From Pristiophorus japonicus (taxonomy: Eukaryota): a stretch of DNA of 64,000 nt. Positions 48,926-60,632 of this stretch are shown in pieces. The stretch lies in assembly GCF_044704955.1 (NCBI RefSeq), contig NC_091978.1:68386001-68450000 (forward strand), read 5' to 3'. Numbering within the stretch: the first letter of the stretch is position 1; the number at the start of each line of letters is the position of its first letter. Made by a program: the position numbers and the translations under genes. Below the pieces are notes generated by a model. It did not search any database, was not told the DNA's origin, and saw only the letters and a program-made list of their open reading frames with translations.

Positions 48926-49073
48926 GTTCCAAATGGCAACACCCCAGAGCTTGTGATCAATCCAGTCACTATAAATGATACAGGGTGGTTCATCTGCAGA
49001 GTGAACAGTGGCTGCTCTTTTGAATTTAGTCTCTGGGCACAACTGGAAGTATATAATTTCAGTGCTGCCTACG
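48926..49073 (+). CDS. MALT1: MALT1 coding exon 4 (Ig1, second half)
   Basis: Acceptor gttgacatatag. Reads VPNGNTPELVINPVTINDTGWFICRVNSGCSFEFSLWAQLEVYNFSAAY, versus human IPNGNTSELIFNAVHVKDAGFYVCRVNNNFTFEFSQWSQLDV. Donor GTAAGT, phase 1. Confidence 0.93.
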
Positions 49074-49419
49074 GTAAGTCCCAAGTTCTATCAAAAATTG
49101 CACTGGCTGTAGAATAGCTGTGTAACATATTCTGTGGTTGAAAAAAAAATGAGTTCATTCTGAATATGATTTGTTACGGATGTTCTATGCTGTACATTGA
49201 TAATGGGATGGACCCAGCGGTTCCCCTGATGACTCAGTTTGTAAGTGCAGTGCCCAACGTGGAACTGGAAGGTCTCGGTTTGTGTGTGGATAACTAATCT
49301 TAGCTAGGCAGTAGTAGTGGTGCTACAATTGCCCACTGAAAAAGGTGGGAAAACAATCAGCCAGGCTTCACAGTCTTCATTGCGACTTAATGACCTATTG
49401 AGTAAATAAATGGTTAATT

Positions 49420-49770
49420 AAATAAATTTGGAGCTTAAAAAGTTAGTATCAGTAATGGTCACCATGAAACTAGCGGATTATTGGAAAAACCCAACTGGTT
49501 CACTCATGTCCTTTTAGGAAAGCAAATCTGCCGTCCTTACCCGGTCTGGCCTATATGTAACTCCAGACCCACAGCAATGTGGTTGACTGCCCTCTGAAAT
49601 GGCCTAGCAAGCCATTCAGTTGTTCGAAACTGCTACGACAAAGTCAGCACAAGAACTGAAGCGGTTCAAGAAGGCGGCTCACCACCACCTTCTCAAGGGC
49701 AGTTAGGGATGGGCAGTAAATGCTGGCCTTGCCAGCGATGCCCACATCCCGTGAATACATTTTTTTTTAA
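49420..49770 (+). mobile_element. SINE, possibly MER131-like, with a LINE-derived tail
   Basis: aaaaacccaactggttcactcatgtccttttaggaaag...gactgccctctgaaatggcc...aagggcagttagggatgggc. Family name recalled from memory, not searched. Confidence 0.5.
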
Positions 49771-50417
49771 AAGCAGACTGGACTGCTTTCCCAGAGAGAT
49801 GAGCACTCGACAATGAGGAGAAGCAGCCAGACTGTTAAATCTATACCCCAGCAAGAGTCGCACTGTTGCTATTCTATGGATTAGACACCACACCCATTAC
49901 ATAATCAAACAATAATGGCTCCTCACTTCCTTTCTCTGAACTTTGTATAGCCGCTCAGAACAAACTGGATGCCTGAGCCTGCATTAGAAAGCTCAAAGTA
50001 CCTCGTTCTAACTGCAATTCAAATAACATGCTATTCTAGCGGTCCCTTTCAAATCTCGTGAGTCAATTGAAGGAGTCCGTTGCTGGTAATGACAACAATA
50101 GTTGGCTTGGAAGAAGATGTGACTGTGTTGCCACTAGGATTTCAGTAAAGTTAATGGTGTGCATGTCCACATAAATTATGAAAAATACTGAGCAGGGCAA
50201 TTATAGGTTTTGTACTTCCAAATCTGTTATTGGATCTAGAGAGAACAACTTCAGCTGTATTTGCCTAGGGTGATGTCCTGGTGATTGAAGGCTTGTCACT
50301 GTTGCTGCTAGTGGTGAGTGAAATTTGAGGTGATGAACTAAAAGAATTGCACAAGAAGTGTATTAGGACTGACAAGGAATATTGGCTTAAATTCTCATGG
50401 TACCAACTTACCTCTGT

Positions 50418-50872
50418 CAGCTGTAGCCCAGTGGGTAGTCTCTGAGTCACAAGGTTGCAGGTTCAAATCCCACTCCAGGAACTTGAACACACAAATCTAG
50501 GCTGACAATCCAGTGCCGTTCTGAGAGAGTGCTGCATTGTCGGAGGTGCCATCTTTCAGATGAGACATTAAACCGTGGTCCCGTCTGCTCTCAGGATGTA
50601 AAAGATCCCATGGCACTATTTCGAAGAAGAGCAGGAGAGTTATCCCAGGTGTCCTGGCCAATATTTATCCCTCAATCAACATAACAAAAACATATTATCT
50701 GGCCATTATCACATTGCTGTTTGTGAGAGCTTGTGCGCAAATTGGCTGCCGCGTTTCCCACATTACAACAGTGACTGCACTCCAAAAGTACTTAATTTTA
50801 CAAAGGCTGTAAAGTGCTTTGAGACATCCGGTGGTCATGAAAGGAGCTATATAAATGCAAGTCTTTCTTTTT
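50418..50872 (+). mobile_element. Intact tRNA-derived Deu-domain SINE
   Basis: B-box-like ggttcaaatccc in the head, body gatcccatggcactatttcgaagaagagcagg..., and an L2-like tail gctatataaatgcaagtctttc. Confidence 0.85.
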
Positions 50873-51879
50873 CTTCTTTCTTTAATACTATTAAATTATC
50901 TTCCCTCTACCACTACCTAGAGCTGCATCTGTATAGATTTTTGTTGGTAGACTAGATGTGTTTCATAGATGTAAAATAAATGCTGGGGTTCAGTAGAATT
51001 TGATCAACCCCTTCCCACTTCACTCTTGTCATTATGATGTTTATGATCAGGATCCCTGGACGTGTGGCTGAGTTGTAATACGCTCCATCCATTGCATATA
51101 CTTGTAGCTCACAAGCAGCACCGGCACATGTTTCTGTATAAAACTAAAACACACACATGCAGAACTCTCCCTGACATATAGCATGTTAATATCATTGCAT
51201 TTCTGCATCATGAATAAAGTTGGATCTGTAAGCAGTTAAGATTTTATAAGAATTATGTTTCAGTGATTTCTGAAATGCATTAGAATTGAAACCGGTCTTA
51301 ATATTCATTGTTGCCATAAATTGCTACGGTAGTCTGTTAATTTAGTTTTCACAGTTTCCTTCCCTCCTCAACTGAAAGCACTGACTCCTGCGAGTATAAG
51401 CTTCTCAGACATTGACAATCCCTTGTTATTTTGCCTCAATGACCGTTCTTTTTCTATGTGAACCTAGACATCAAGGTCTAAAAATTCATCCGTATAGCAC
51501 TCATTTTTCGGGCTTCCTAAGCCTCCAATATGTCGGGCAGGATGTAAGCGCTCATTAGGAGCCGAACGTATTGGTAAAGGCCCAAAAATTTGGCATGAAG
51601 GGTTAGGTCTTTTGGATTTCAAATAAAGGGCTTAATGGCTGTTTGCAGCCCCCACTGCAAGATTCTTTAGCCCAGAGACAGCTGTTGCTGGCTGCACTTG
51701 GAATAATCAGGCCTACTTACAGACTTTCAAGAGACCAGCTGTTAGGCTGCAACCAACAAGATAAGTTTTTCAAATGTATTTTCCTGAATGTGGATCTGGG
51801 TGGTGCAGGCTCGAAGGGCCGAATGGCCTACTCCTGCACCTATTTTCTGTTTCTATGTTTCTGTAAGAGTTAATCTCTG

Positions 51880-53035
51880 CCGTAGCCAGAAACAAATCCA
51901 GCTTTTGCTTGTGGGAGCTCAGTGATCTACATCCACCACATGAGGGGGTAGCTTGTTCAAGAGGTCTACTATTCTCTGTGAAAAGAACCATCTCCTGACA
52001 TCTAACCTCGATCTAGTCTTAACCAACTTAAATTTGTGCCCCTTGGTCCTGCCTAAACTATTTAGTCGAAATAAACGGTTAGCTGGAACACTGTCTATTC
52101 CCTTCATTATCTTATAAACCTCAGTCATACCCGCTCCTAAGTCTATGCTACTTTAAGGTAAAGAGTCCCAACTCTTTTAACCTATTTTGATAACTAAGAT
52201 GCTTTAGACTTGGAGTTAGTCTAGTGACCCTCTTCTGCACCCTTTCCAGAGCCTCAATATCACCCACCATGTGAGGAGACCAAAACTGGACACAGTATTC
52301 CAAGTGCAGCCTGACTAAGGTCTTGTACAAGGACAAAACAGCACACCTCGTCTTATACTCAATAGTCCTGTGGGTACACCCCAACACCCTATTTGCTCTA
52401 GCTATTGCTGCACGGCATTGCTTATGTATCTTTTAAGGATTTATGCTCTAGAATGCCCACATCTCTCTCTATCTCCACCATCTTTAATGCCTTTCCCTGG
52501 AGGGTGTATGAATGTTAAGCATTTGCCCTGCCCACATGCATAACACTGCATTTATCTAAATTATACATCATTTTCTAGTCATGAGCCCAATCTCCCAACA
52601 CATTAAATCTGCCTCTTCTACAGTTCTAGCATCGCACAGATCTTAGTATCATCTGCAAATTTGCAAAGTGTGCCGCCAACCCCTGAATGCAGATCATTAA
52701 TAAAATTAATAAAAAGCAACGGTCCCAACACTGATCACTGTGGGACACCACTGGTGACCGGTCTACAAACAGATCAAAATCCATTTATAACTACTCTCTG
52801 CCTGCATCCTGCCAGCCAGTTCTATATCTAGCTCACTATATTTCCACTAATACCAGAGGTTCCGATCTTATAGAGAAACCTCTTGTGCAGTACCTTGTCA
52901 AAAGCTTTTTGGCAATCTAAGTAGACAATATCTACTGGGCTTCGCTCATCCACCAAAATTGTAACTTCTTCAAAAAATACAATTAGATTTGTGAGACATG
53001 ACCTTTTTTTTTTAATGAAGCCATGTTTCTTCAAA
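51880..53035 (-). mobile_element. Old CR1 RT/3' fragment
   Basis: Encodes VYLDCQKAFDKV, VRLHLEYCVQFWSP and FFSQRIV. Confidence 0.85.
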
Positions 53036-53129
53036 ACTGAAGACTGAAAGAGGAGCAGTCATTTTAGTAAGGTTAGAAAAATAAGAGAGAAAAGGTAGAG
53101 GGAAGCAAGTCCTCCTGTGTGGCAATTAC

Positions 53130-53440
53130 ATGGCAGGGACCAAACGCAAATTGGGTGACCGCTTTGTGGAACACCTCAGTTCAGTCTGCAATCGTGACCC
53201 CGAGCTTCTGGTCGCCTGTCATTTTAATTCGCCGCTCCACTCTTGCACTGTTCCAACGAAGCTCAATATAAGCTCGAGGAACAGCATCTCATCTTTTGAT
53301 TAGGCATTTTATAGCCCTCTGTACTTTCTTAAAACCTGTTATATCTCTTAACTTTTTGCAGGTCTGGCAAAAGGTCATCGGCAAGTATTCACAGATGCTG
53401 CCTGATCGCCTGAATAGTTCCAGCATTTTCTGTTTCTATT
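53130..53440 (+). mobile_element. Penelope-like remnant (GIY-YIG end plus decayed tail)
   Basis: Encodes LGDRFVEHLSSV..RDPEL.VACHFNS and KLEEQHLIF; tail cacagatgctgcctga..ccagcattttctgttt. Confidence 0.7.
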
Positions 53441-53717
53441 GCCAATTGCGGAGATGGAGTTAATGGGTTGAATAACCTGCAAACTGTTTATACAGCTATC
53501 AGTTTTTGATTATTGATCATCAGTGCGGTGATGGACAAACTTAAAAAGGACAAAATAACATGCAAATAGTTAGGAGGGTGAAAAGACATAGTAGAGGTTC
53601 ATACAAAAAATGGAGAAAATTAAGAAACAAAGAAAAGCTGCCAGTGCAGCCGATCAAAAATTAAAACAGAAAATACTTGCAAAAAATAGTGCATCTCAAA
53701 AGAAAAATGGGCATCAT

Positions 53718-54437
53718 GGGGCCGAAATTCAGAAGCGCAAGAAAGCTGGCACATCTGAGTTTTTTTTTCTGTTTTTACCGAAGGGATCCATAATGCGGCC
53801 AGATGATCGATTTTCAGGACTCAGCGGAAATTGGTCATAGTGGGGGCGGGAGATTGACAGGAAGACAGGCTGAGGGGCTGAATTTGGGTCGAGACTGGGA
53901 CTCCGCCGCTCTTGATCAGCGATGGAGTAGTGGTGACATCACCGCGTGTGTGCATCACCACGCTCTCTCCCCGCCATTAAAGGGGAGAGAATCGGGCATT
54001 TTAAATCTTCTGCCACTGGGCTACTAGGGAGGGTTTCGGCTGGGTTAGCGGCCTGGCACCCAAGGGGGCACTATCTTGCCGGCCGATCGGGAAGTCGGCC
54101 CTTGAAGGGCCATTGCGCTGCCGGGCCGCGCACACTCCGGATAAGGTGCACCGACAGAAAAAACTGTCGGGGGCACCGCACAGCAGGGCTACGTTTTTCG
54201 ACTTGAATTTCGATTGGTGCATTTTTAAGGTGAGGGAGAGCGGCGATGCGCATTCTAATGACAGGCTTGTGGCGGTCATCAGCATTGGGGCGGAATCGGG
54301 TCCAGGCCGAAAAATCCCCGACCTGAATTTGGGTCGGGTCGGCTAGTTGACCACAAAATGGCGGCCACGGGATTCCGACGCGTGGCTGTTGCAAACGGGC
54401 AGTAATGGGTCTTTCTGAGATCCTGAATTTCGGCCCC
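53718..54437. mobile_element. PIF/Harbinger-type MITE with perfect TIRs and 3-bp TSD
   Basis: CAT|GGGGCCGAAATTCAG ... CTGAATTTCGGCCCC|CAT; 720 bp; non-coding. Confidence 0.88.
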
Positions 54438-55139
54438 CATGGGTTTCCCATTCATGCTTTTCTCATTGCTGGTCGCAGCTCCAATCTTAGTCTTGCTTCA
54501 CTCCAGGAACGCACTTGCGCCCTACACTGCAAGTAGAAATTCTTATCTGGCAATAGCTATTGTGAGATCATGACTTCCTACCCACAGTACAAGGTATCTC
54601 ACTGCCGCAGCAAAGGAAATGTGTCGGGTAGGAACGGAGTTGGGTGCAGCAAGGACTGGCAGCAGTGATCTCCCAGCCAGTTCTTTGGGTCAGCAAAATC
54701 AGTTGTTGCAGGACGGGATCACACTGCTGCTAATTTGGTCACTATACTCTTGGAACACACTCCCCAAACCTCCCTGCCTAGCTACCTCTCTGCCTTTCTT
54801 CAAAAGCTTCTTCAAAACCTATATTTTTACCATATATTTTGCTAGCTTCCCAATTCCTCTTCTCCCGCTGCTCAGAAGTCCTCCTTCACTTCTGTGAACT
54901 GCTTTGGTTCATTTTTATTACATCAGTGGGATTAGGCTGGGTAAATCTTTTTTGGCTGGCACAGACACAATGGGCCGAATGTGCTGTAAATTTCTATGCT
55001 TAAAGCCACTGTATATACATGAAGTACAATGAATGCAGACTCAGAGAAAGCATCCCAAGGAGATTTGAAATGAATGTGAACTGAACTAATCCTGAAAACT
55101 GATGTACAAACATTCCAGAGTTGGTTAGCCACTTCTTGT

Positions 55140-55800
55140 TTTTGTCACCAAGCTCATGGTCTAGAGGGTCATAGCAATACCCACCCTCGTGAATGGCTCA
55201 GAGACGTGGACCATGTACAGTAGACACCTCAAGTCACTGGAGAAATACCACCAGCGATGTCTCCGCAAGATCCTGAAAATTCTCTGGGAGGACAGACGCA
55301 CAAACATTAGCGTCCTCGTCCAGGCCAACATCCCCAGCATTGAAGCACTGACCAGACTTGATCAGCTCCGCTGGGCAGGCCACATAGTTCGCATGCCAGA
55401 CACGAGACTCCCAAAGCAAGCGCTCTACTTGGAACTCGCCCACGGCAAACGAGCCAGAAGTGGGCAGAGGAAACGTTACAAGGACACCCTCAAAGCCTCC
55501 CTGATAAAGTGCGACATCCTCACTGACACCTGGGAGTCCTTGGCCATAGACCGCCCTAAATGGAGGAAGTGCCTTCTAGAGTATCATCGCCGAGAGCATG
55601 CAGAAATCAAGCGCAGGCAGCGGAAGGAGCTTGCGGCAAAGCAGGCTCCCTGCCCACCCTTTCCCTCAATGACTATCTGTCCCACCTGTGACAGAGACTG
55701 TGGTTCCTGTATTGGACTGTACAGCCACCTAAGAACTCATGTTAAGAGTGGAAGCAAGTCTTCCTCGATGCCGAGGGACTGCCTATGATGATGATGATGA
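55140..55800 (+). mobile_element. RTE LINE 3' fragment
   Basis: ORF 55189-55788 (LRWAGHIVRMPDTRLPKQ, CPTCDRDC..LYSHLRTH) and (ATG)n tail. Confidence 0.92.
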
Positions 55801-56184
55801 CTTGTAAAGAATAAAGAACATGGGCTGTGGGAATCTATCACATGCCGCTACACAATCAAAGAGCGAACTAGATATGCACTTCTACCAAATCAAGATGTAG
55901 ACTTTAGATCAACGAGGGGTTTTATTTACATTCGGCGAGTAAATGATCAGTAACCAACACCGTGAAATATACACTTCTCTACATTCATACAAAAAATTAT
56001 AAATATCTGTGTTGCTTTCTTTCTTAACTTAGAACATAAACAAAAGGCCAATTACTGTAAACTCAATTTAGCCCAACTACCCAGCTAAGCTGCACTGACT
56101 TTAAAAGAAAAAGCTCAGTCGTTATCGACTTTGACACTAAAGCTGATTGACTGACTCTGGTTGTGGACTGTCCAAGGTCTCGAA

Positions 56185-59100
56185 CAGCTGTGGCTCAGTA
56201 GGTAGCACTCGCCTCTGAGTCAGAAGATTGTCGGTTCACGTTCCACTCCAGAGCACATAAATCTAGGCTGACACTCCAGTGCCGTGCTGACCTAGGTGTC
56301 ATATTTGACCTGAATTGAGCTTCCGGCAACATATCCACAGCATAATTAAAACCGCCTATTTCCACTTCCATAACATTGTCCGTCTCTGCCCCTGCCTCAA
56401 CTCATCTGCTGCTGAAACCCACATCCATGCCTTTGTTACCTCTAGACTTGACCACTCCAATCCAATGAGGGGCTGGCCTCCCACATTCTACCTTACGTAA
56501 GCTTGTTGTCATCCAAAACTCGGCAGCCTGTGTCCTAACTCGCACCAAGCCCCGCTCACCCATCACCGCTGTGCTCGCTGACCTACATTGACTTCCGGTT
56601 AAGCATCGCCTCAATTTCAAAATTCGCATCCTTGTTTAAAAATCCCTCCATGGCCTTGCCCCTCCCTATCTCTGTAATCTCCTTCAGCCTCAGATCCCCC
56701 CCCCCCCCCCCCCCGCCTGCCCTGAGATGTCTACGCTCCTCAAATTCTGCCCTCTTGAGCAGCCCTGATTATAACTGCTCAACCATTAGTGGCCATGCCT
56801 TTGGCTGCCTAGGCCCCAAGCTCTGGAACTCCCTCACTCAATCTCTCCGCCTCTCTACCTCTCTTTCCTCGACAAAGTACCAGTACAAAGCGGACGGTCT
56901 GCACCTGGGCAGGACCGGAACCAATGTCCTAGGGGGAGTGTTTGCTAGTGCTGTTGGGGAGGAGTTAAACTAATGTGGCAGGGGGTTGGGAATCAATGCA
57001 GGGAGACCGAGGGAAACAAAAAGGAGACAAAAGCAAAAGACAGAAAGGAGATGAGGAAAAGTGGAGGGCAGAGAAACCCAAGACAAAAAACAAAAAGGGC
57101 CACTGTACAGCAAAATTCTAAAAGGAAAAAGGGTGTTAAAAAAACAAGCCTGAAGACTTTGTGTCGTAATGCAAGGAGTATCCGTAATAAGGTGGATGAA
57201 TTAACTGTGCAAATAGATGTTAACAAATATGATGTGATTGGGATTACGGAGACGTGGCTCCAGGATGATCAGGGCTGGGAACTCAACATCCAGGAGTATT
57301 CAACATTCAGGAAGGATAGAATAAAAGAAAAAGAAGGTGGGGTAGCATTGCTGGTTAAAGAAGAGATTAATGCAAGTGTTAGAATGGACATTAGCTTGGA
57401 TGATGTGGAATCTATATGGGTAGAACTGCAGAACACCAAAGGGCAAAAAACGTTAGTGGGAGTTGTGTACAGACCTCCAAACAGTAGTAGTAATGTTGGG
57501 GAGGGCATCAAACAGGAAATTAGGGGTGCATGCAATAAGGGTGCAGCAGTTATAATGGGTGACTTTAATATGCACATAGATTGGGCTAACCAAACTGGAA
57601 GCAATACGGTGGAGGAGGATTTCCTGGAGTGCATAAGGGGTGGTTTTCGAGACCAATATGTCGAGGAACCAACTAGGGGGAGGCCATCTTAGACTGGGTG
57701 TTGTGTAATGAGAGAGGATTAATTAGCAATACCATTGTGCGAGGCCCCTTGGGGAAGAGTGACCATAATATGGTGGAATTCTACATTAGGATGGAGAATG
57801 AAACAGTTAATGCAGAGACCATGGTCCAGAACTTAAAGAAGGCTAACTTTGAATGTATGAAGCGTGAATTAGCTAGGATTGATTGGCGAATGATACTTAA
57901 AGGGTTGACTGTGGATGGACAATGGCAGACATTTAGAGACCGCATGGATGAACTAAACAATTGTACATTCCTGTCTGTCGTAAAAATAAAAAAGGGAAGG
58001 TGGATCAACCGTGGCCATCAAGGGAAATCAGGGATAGTATTAAAGCCAAGGAAGTGGCATACAAATTGGCCAGAAATAGCAGTGAACCCAGAGATTGGGA
58101 GAAATTTAGAACTCAGCAGAGGAGGACAAAGGGTTTGATTAGGGCAGGGAAAATGGAGTACGAGAAGAAGCTTGCAGGGAACATTAAGACGGATTCAAAA
58201 GTTTCTATAGATATGTAAAGAGAAAAAGATTAGTAAAGACAAACGTAGGTCCCCTGCAGTCAGAATCAGAGGAAGTCATAACAGGGAACAAAGAAATGGC
58301 GGACCAATTGAACAAGTACTTTGGTTCGGTATTCACTAAGGAGGACACTAACAACCTTCCAGATATAAGAGGGGTCAGAGGGTCTAGTAAGGAGGAGGAA
58401 CTGAGGGAAATCCTTATTAGTCAGGAAATTGTGTTGGGGAAATTAATGGGATTGAAGGCCGATAAATCCCCAGGGCCTGGTGGACTGCATCCCAGAGTAC
58501 TTAAGGAGGTGACCTTGGAAATAGTGGATGCATTGACAGTCATTTTCCAACATTCCATTGACTCTGGATCAGTTCCTATCGAGTTGAGGGTAGCCAATGT
58601 AACCCCACTTTTTAAAAAAAGAGGGAGAGAGAAAACACGGAATTATAGACCGGTCAGCCTGACATCGTTAGTGGGTAAAATGATGGAATCAATTATTAAG
58701 GATGTCATAGCAGCACATTTGGAAAGAGGTGACATGATAGGTCCAAGTCAGCATGGATTTGTGAAAGGGAAATCATGCTTGACAAATCTTCTAGAATTTT
58801 TTGAGGATGTTTCCAGTAGAGTGGACAAAGGAGAACCAGTTGATGTGGTATATTTGGACTTTCAGAAGGCTTTCGACAAGGTCCCACACAAGAGATTAAT
58901 GTGCAAAGTTAAAGCACATGGGATTGAGGGTAGTGTGCTGACATGGATTGAGAATTGGTTGTCAGACAGGAAGCAAAGAGTAGGAGTAAATGGGTACTTT
59001 TCAGAATGGCAGGCGGTGACTAGTGGGGTACCGCAAGGTTCTGTGCTGGGGCCCCAGCTGTTTACATTGTACATTAATGATTTAGACGAGGGGATTAAAT

Positions 59101-60570
59101 GTAGTATCTCCAAATTTGCGGATGACACTAAGTTGGGTGGCAGTGTGAGCTGCGAGGAGGATGCTATGAGGCTGCAGAGTGACTTGGATAGGTTAGGTGA
59201 GTGGGCAAATGCATGGCAGATGAAGTATCATGTGGATAAATGTGAGGTTATCCACTTTGGTGGTAAAAACAGAGAGACAGACTATTATCTGAATGGTGAC
59301 CGATCAGGAAAAGGGGAGGTGCAACGAGACCTGGGTGTCATGGTACATCAGTCATTGACGGTTGGCATGCAGGTACAGCAGGCGGTTAAGAAAGCAAATG
59401 GCATGTTGGCCTTCATAGCGAGGGGATTTGAGTACAGGGGCAGGGAGGTGTTGCTACAGTTGTACAGGGCATTGGTGAGGCCACACCTGGAGTATTGTGT
59501 ACAGTTTTGGTCTCCTAACCTGAGGAAGGACATTCTTGCTATTGAGGGAGTGCAGCGAAGGTTCACCAGACTGATTCCCAGGATGGCGGGACTGACCTAC
59601 CAAGAAAGACTGGATCAACTGGGCTTGTATTCACTGGAGTTCAGAAGAATGAGAGGGGACCTCATAGAAACGTTTAAAATTCTGAAGGGTTTAGACAGGT
59701 TAGATGCAAGAAGAATGTTCCCAATGTTGGGGAAGTCCAGAACCAGGGGTCACAGTCTAAGGATAAGGGGTAAGCCATTTAGGACCGAGATGCGGAGGAA
59801 CTTCTTCACCCAGAGAGTGGTGAACCTGTGGAATTCTCTACCACAGAAAGTTGTTGAGGCCAATTCACTAAATATATTCAAAAAAGAGTTCGATGTAGTC
59901 CTTACTACTAAGGGGATCAAGGTGTATGGTGAGAAAGCAAGAATGGGGTACTGAAGTTGCATGTTCAGCCATGAACTCATTGAATGGCGGTGCAGGCTTG
60001 AAGGGCCGAATGGCCTACTCTTGCACCTATTTTCTATGTTTCTATGTTTCCTCCTTTAACACTCCTTAATACCTACCTCTTTGACCAAGCTTTTGTTCAT
60101 CTGCCGTAATTTCTTCTTGTGTGGCTCGGTGTGAAATTTATTTGTTTTGTCATAAAACACTCCTGTGAAGTGCTTTGGGACCTTTTACTACGTTAAAGGC
60201 ACTATGTAAATACACATTGTTGAGGGGGTGCTGCACTGTTGGAGGTGTCATCTTTCGGATGAGACGGTAAATCGAGGTCCCGTCTGCTTTCTCAGATGGA
60301 CCTTAAAAATCCCATGGCACTATTTTGAAGAAGAGCATGGGGGGCTTTCAAAGGTATCGTGGCCAATATTTATCCCTTAATCAAAGTAACAGCTACAGAT
60401 GATCTGGTCATTATCACATTGCCCTTTGTGGGAGCTTGCTTGTGTGCAAATTGGCTGCCGCGTTTCCCACATTACAACAGTAACTATACTCCAAAAGTAC
60501 TTCATTGGCTGTAAAGTGGTTTGAGGCGTCTAGTAGTCATGAAAGGCGCTATGTAAATGTAAGTCTTTTA
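56185..60570 (+). mobile_element. Deu-domain SINE (56185-56290 and 60221-60570) split by an L2 3' fragment (56291-56870 and 60054-60220)
   Basis: The SINE rejoins as ...gtgctga|gggggtgctgcactg. The L2 (IHAFVTSRLD, ITAVLADLH) rejoins across the CR1. Confidence 0.85.
56871..60046 (+). mobile_element. Young CR1 LINE with an uninterrupted 552-aa RT segment
   Basis: EN ORF 56973-57692, RT ORF 58296-59954, (TTTCTATG)n tail, TTTCCTC duplication at 56864 and 60047. Confidence 0.96.
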
Positions 60571-60632
60571 GCTGTCAGTGAAAGTCACTATTCCAGGCTA
60601 GAGCACATCCTTTGATCTATGTCGAGGGGCTT

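Noticed and set aside
50418-50490. tRNA-like sequence (also at 11215-11281 and 56185-56250)
   Set aside because: SINE heads continuing into the Deu body; no complete cloverleaf.
53360-53390. Fourth hammerhead motif
   Set aside because: Core decayed to CTGGCAA and GAAA deleted; counted only as Penelope remnant.
531-59980. Many antisense ORFs of 100-290 aa overlapping CR1/RTE copies
   Set aside because: Shadow frames of LINE ORF2 that recur at the same place in each copy.
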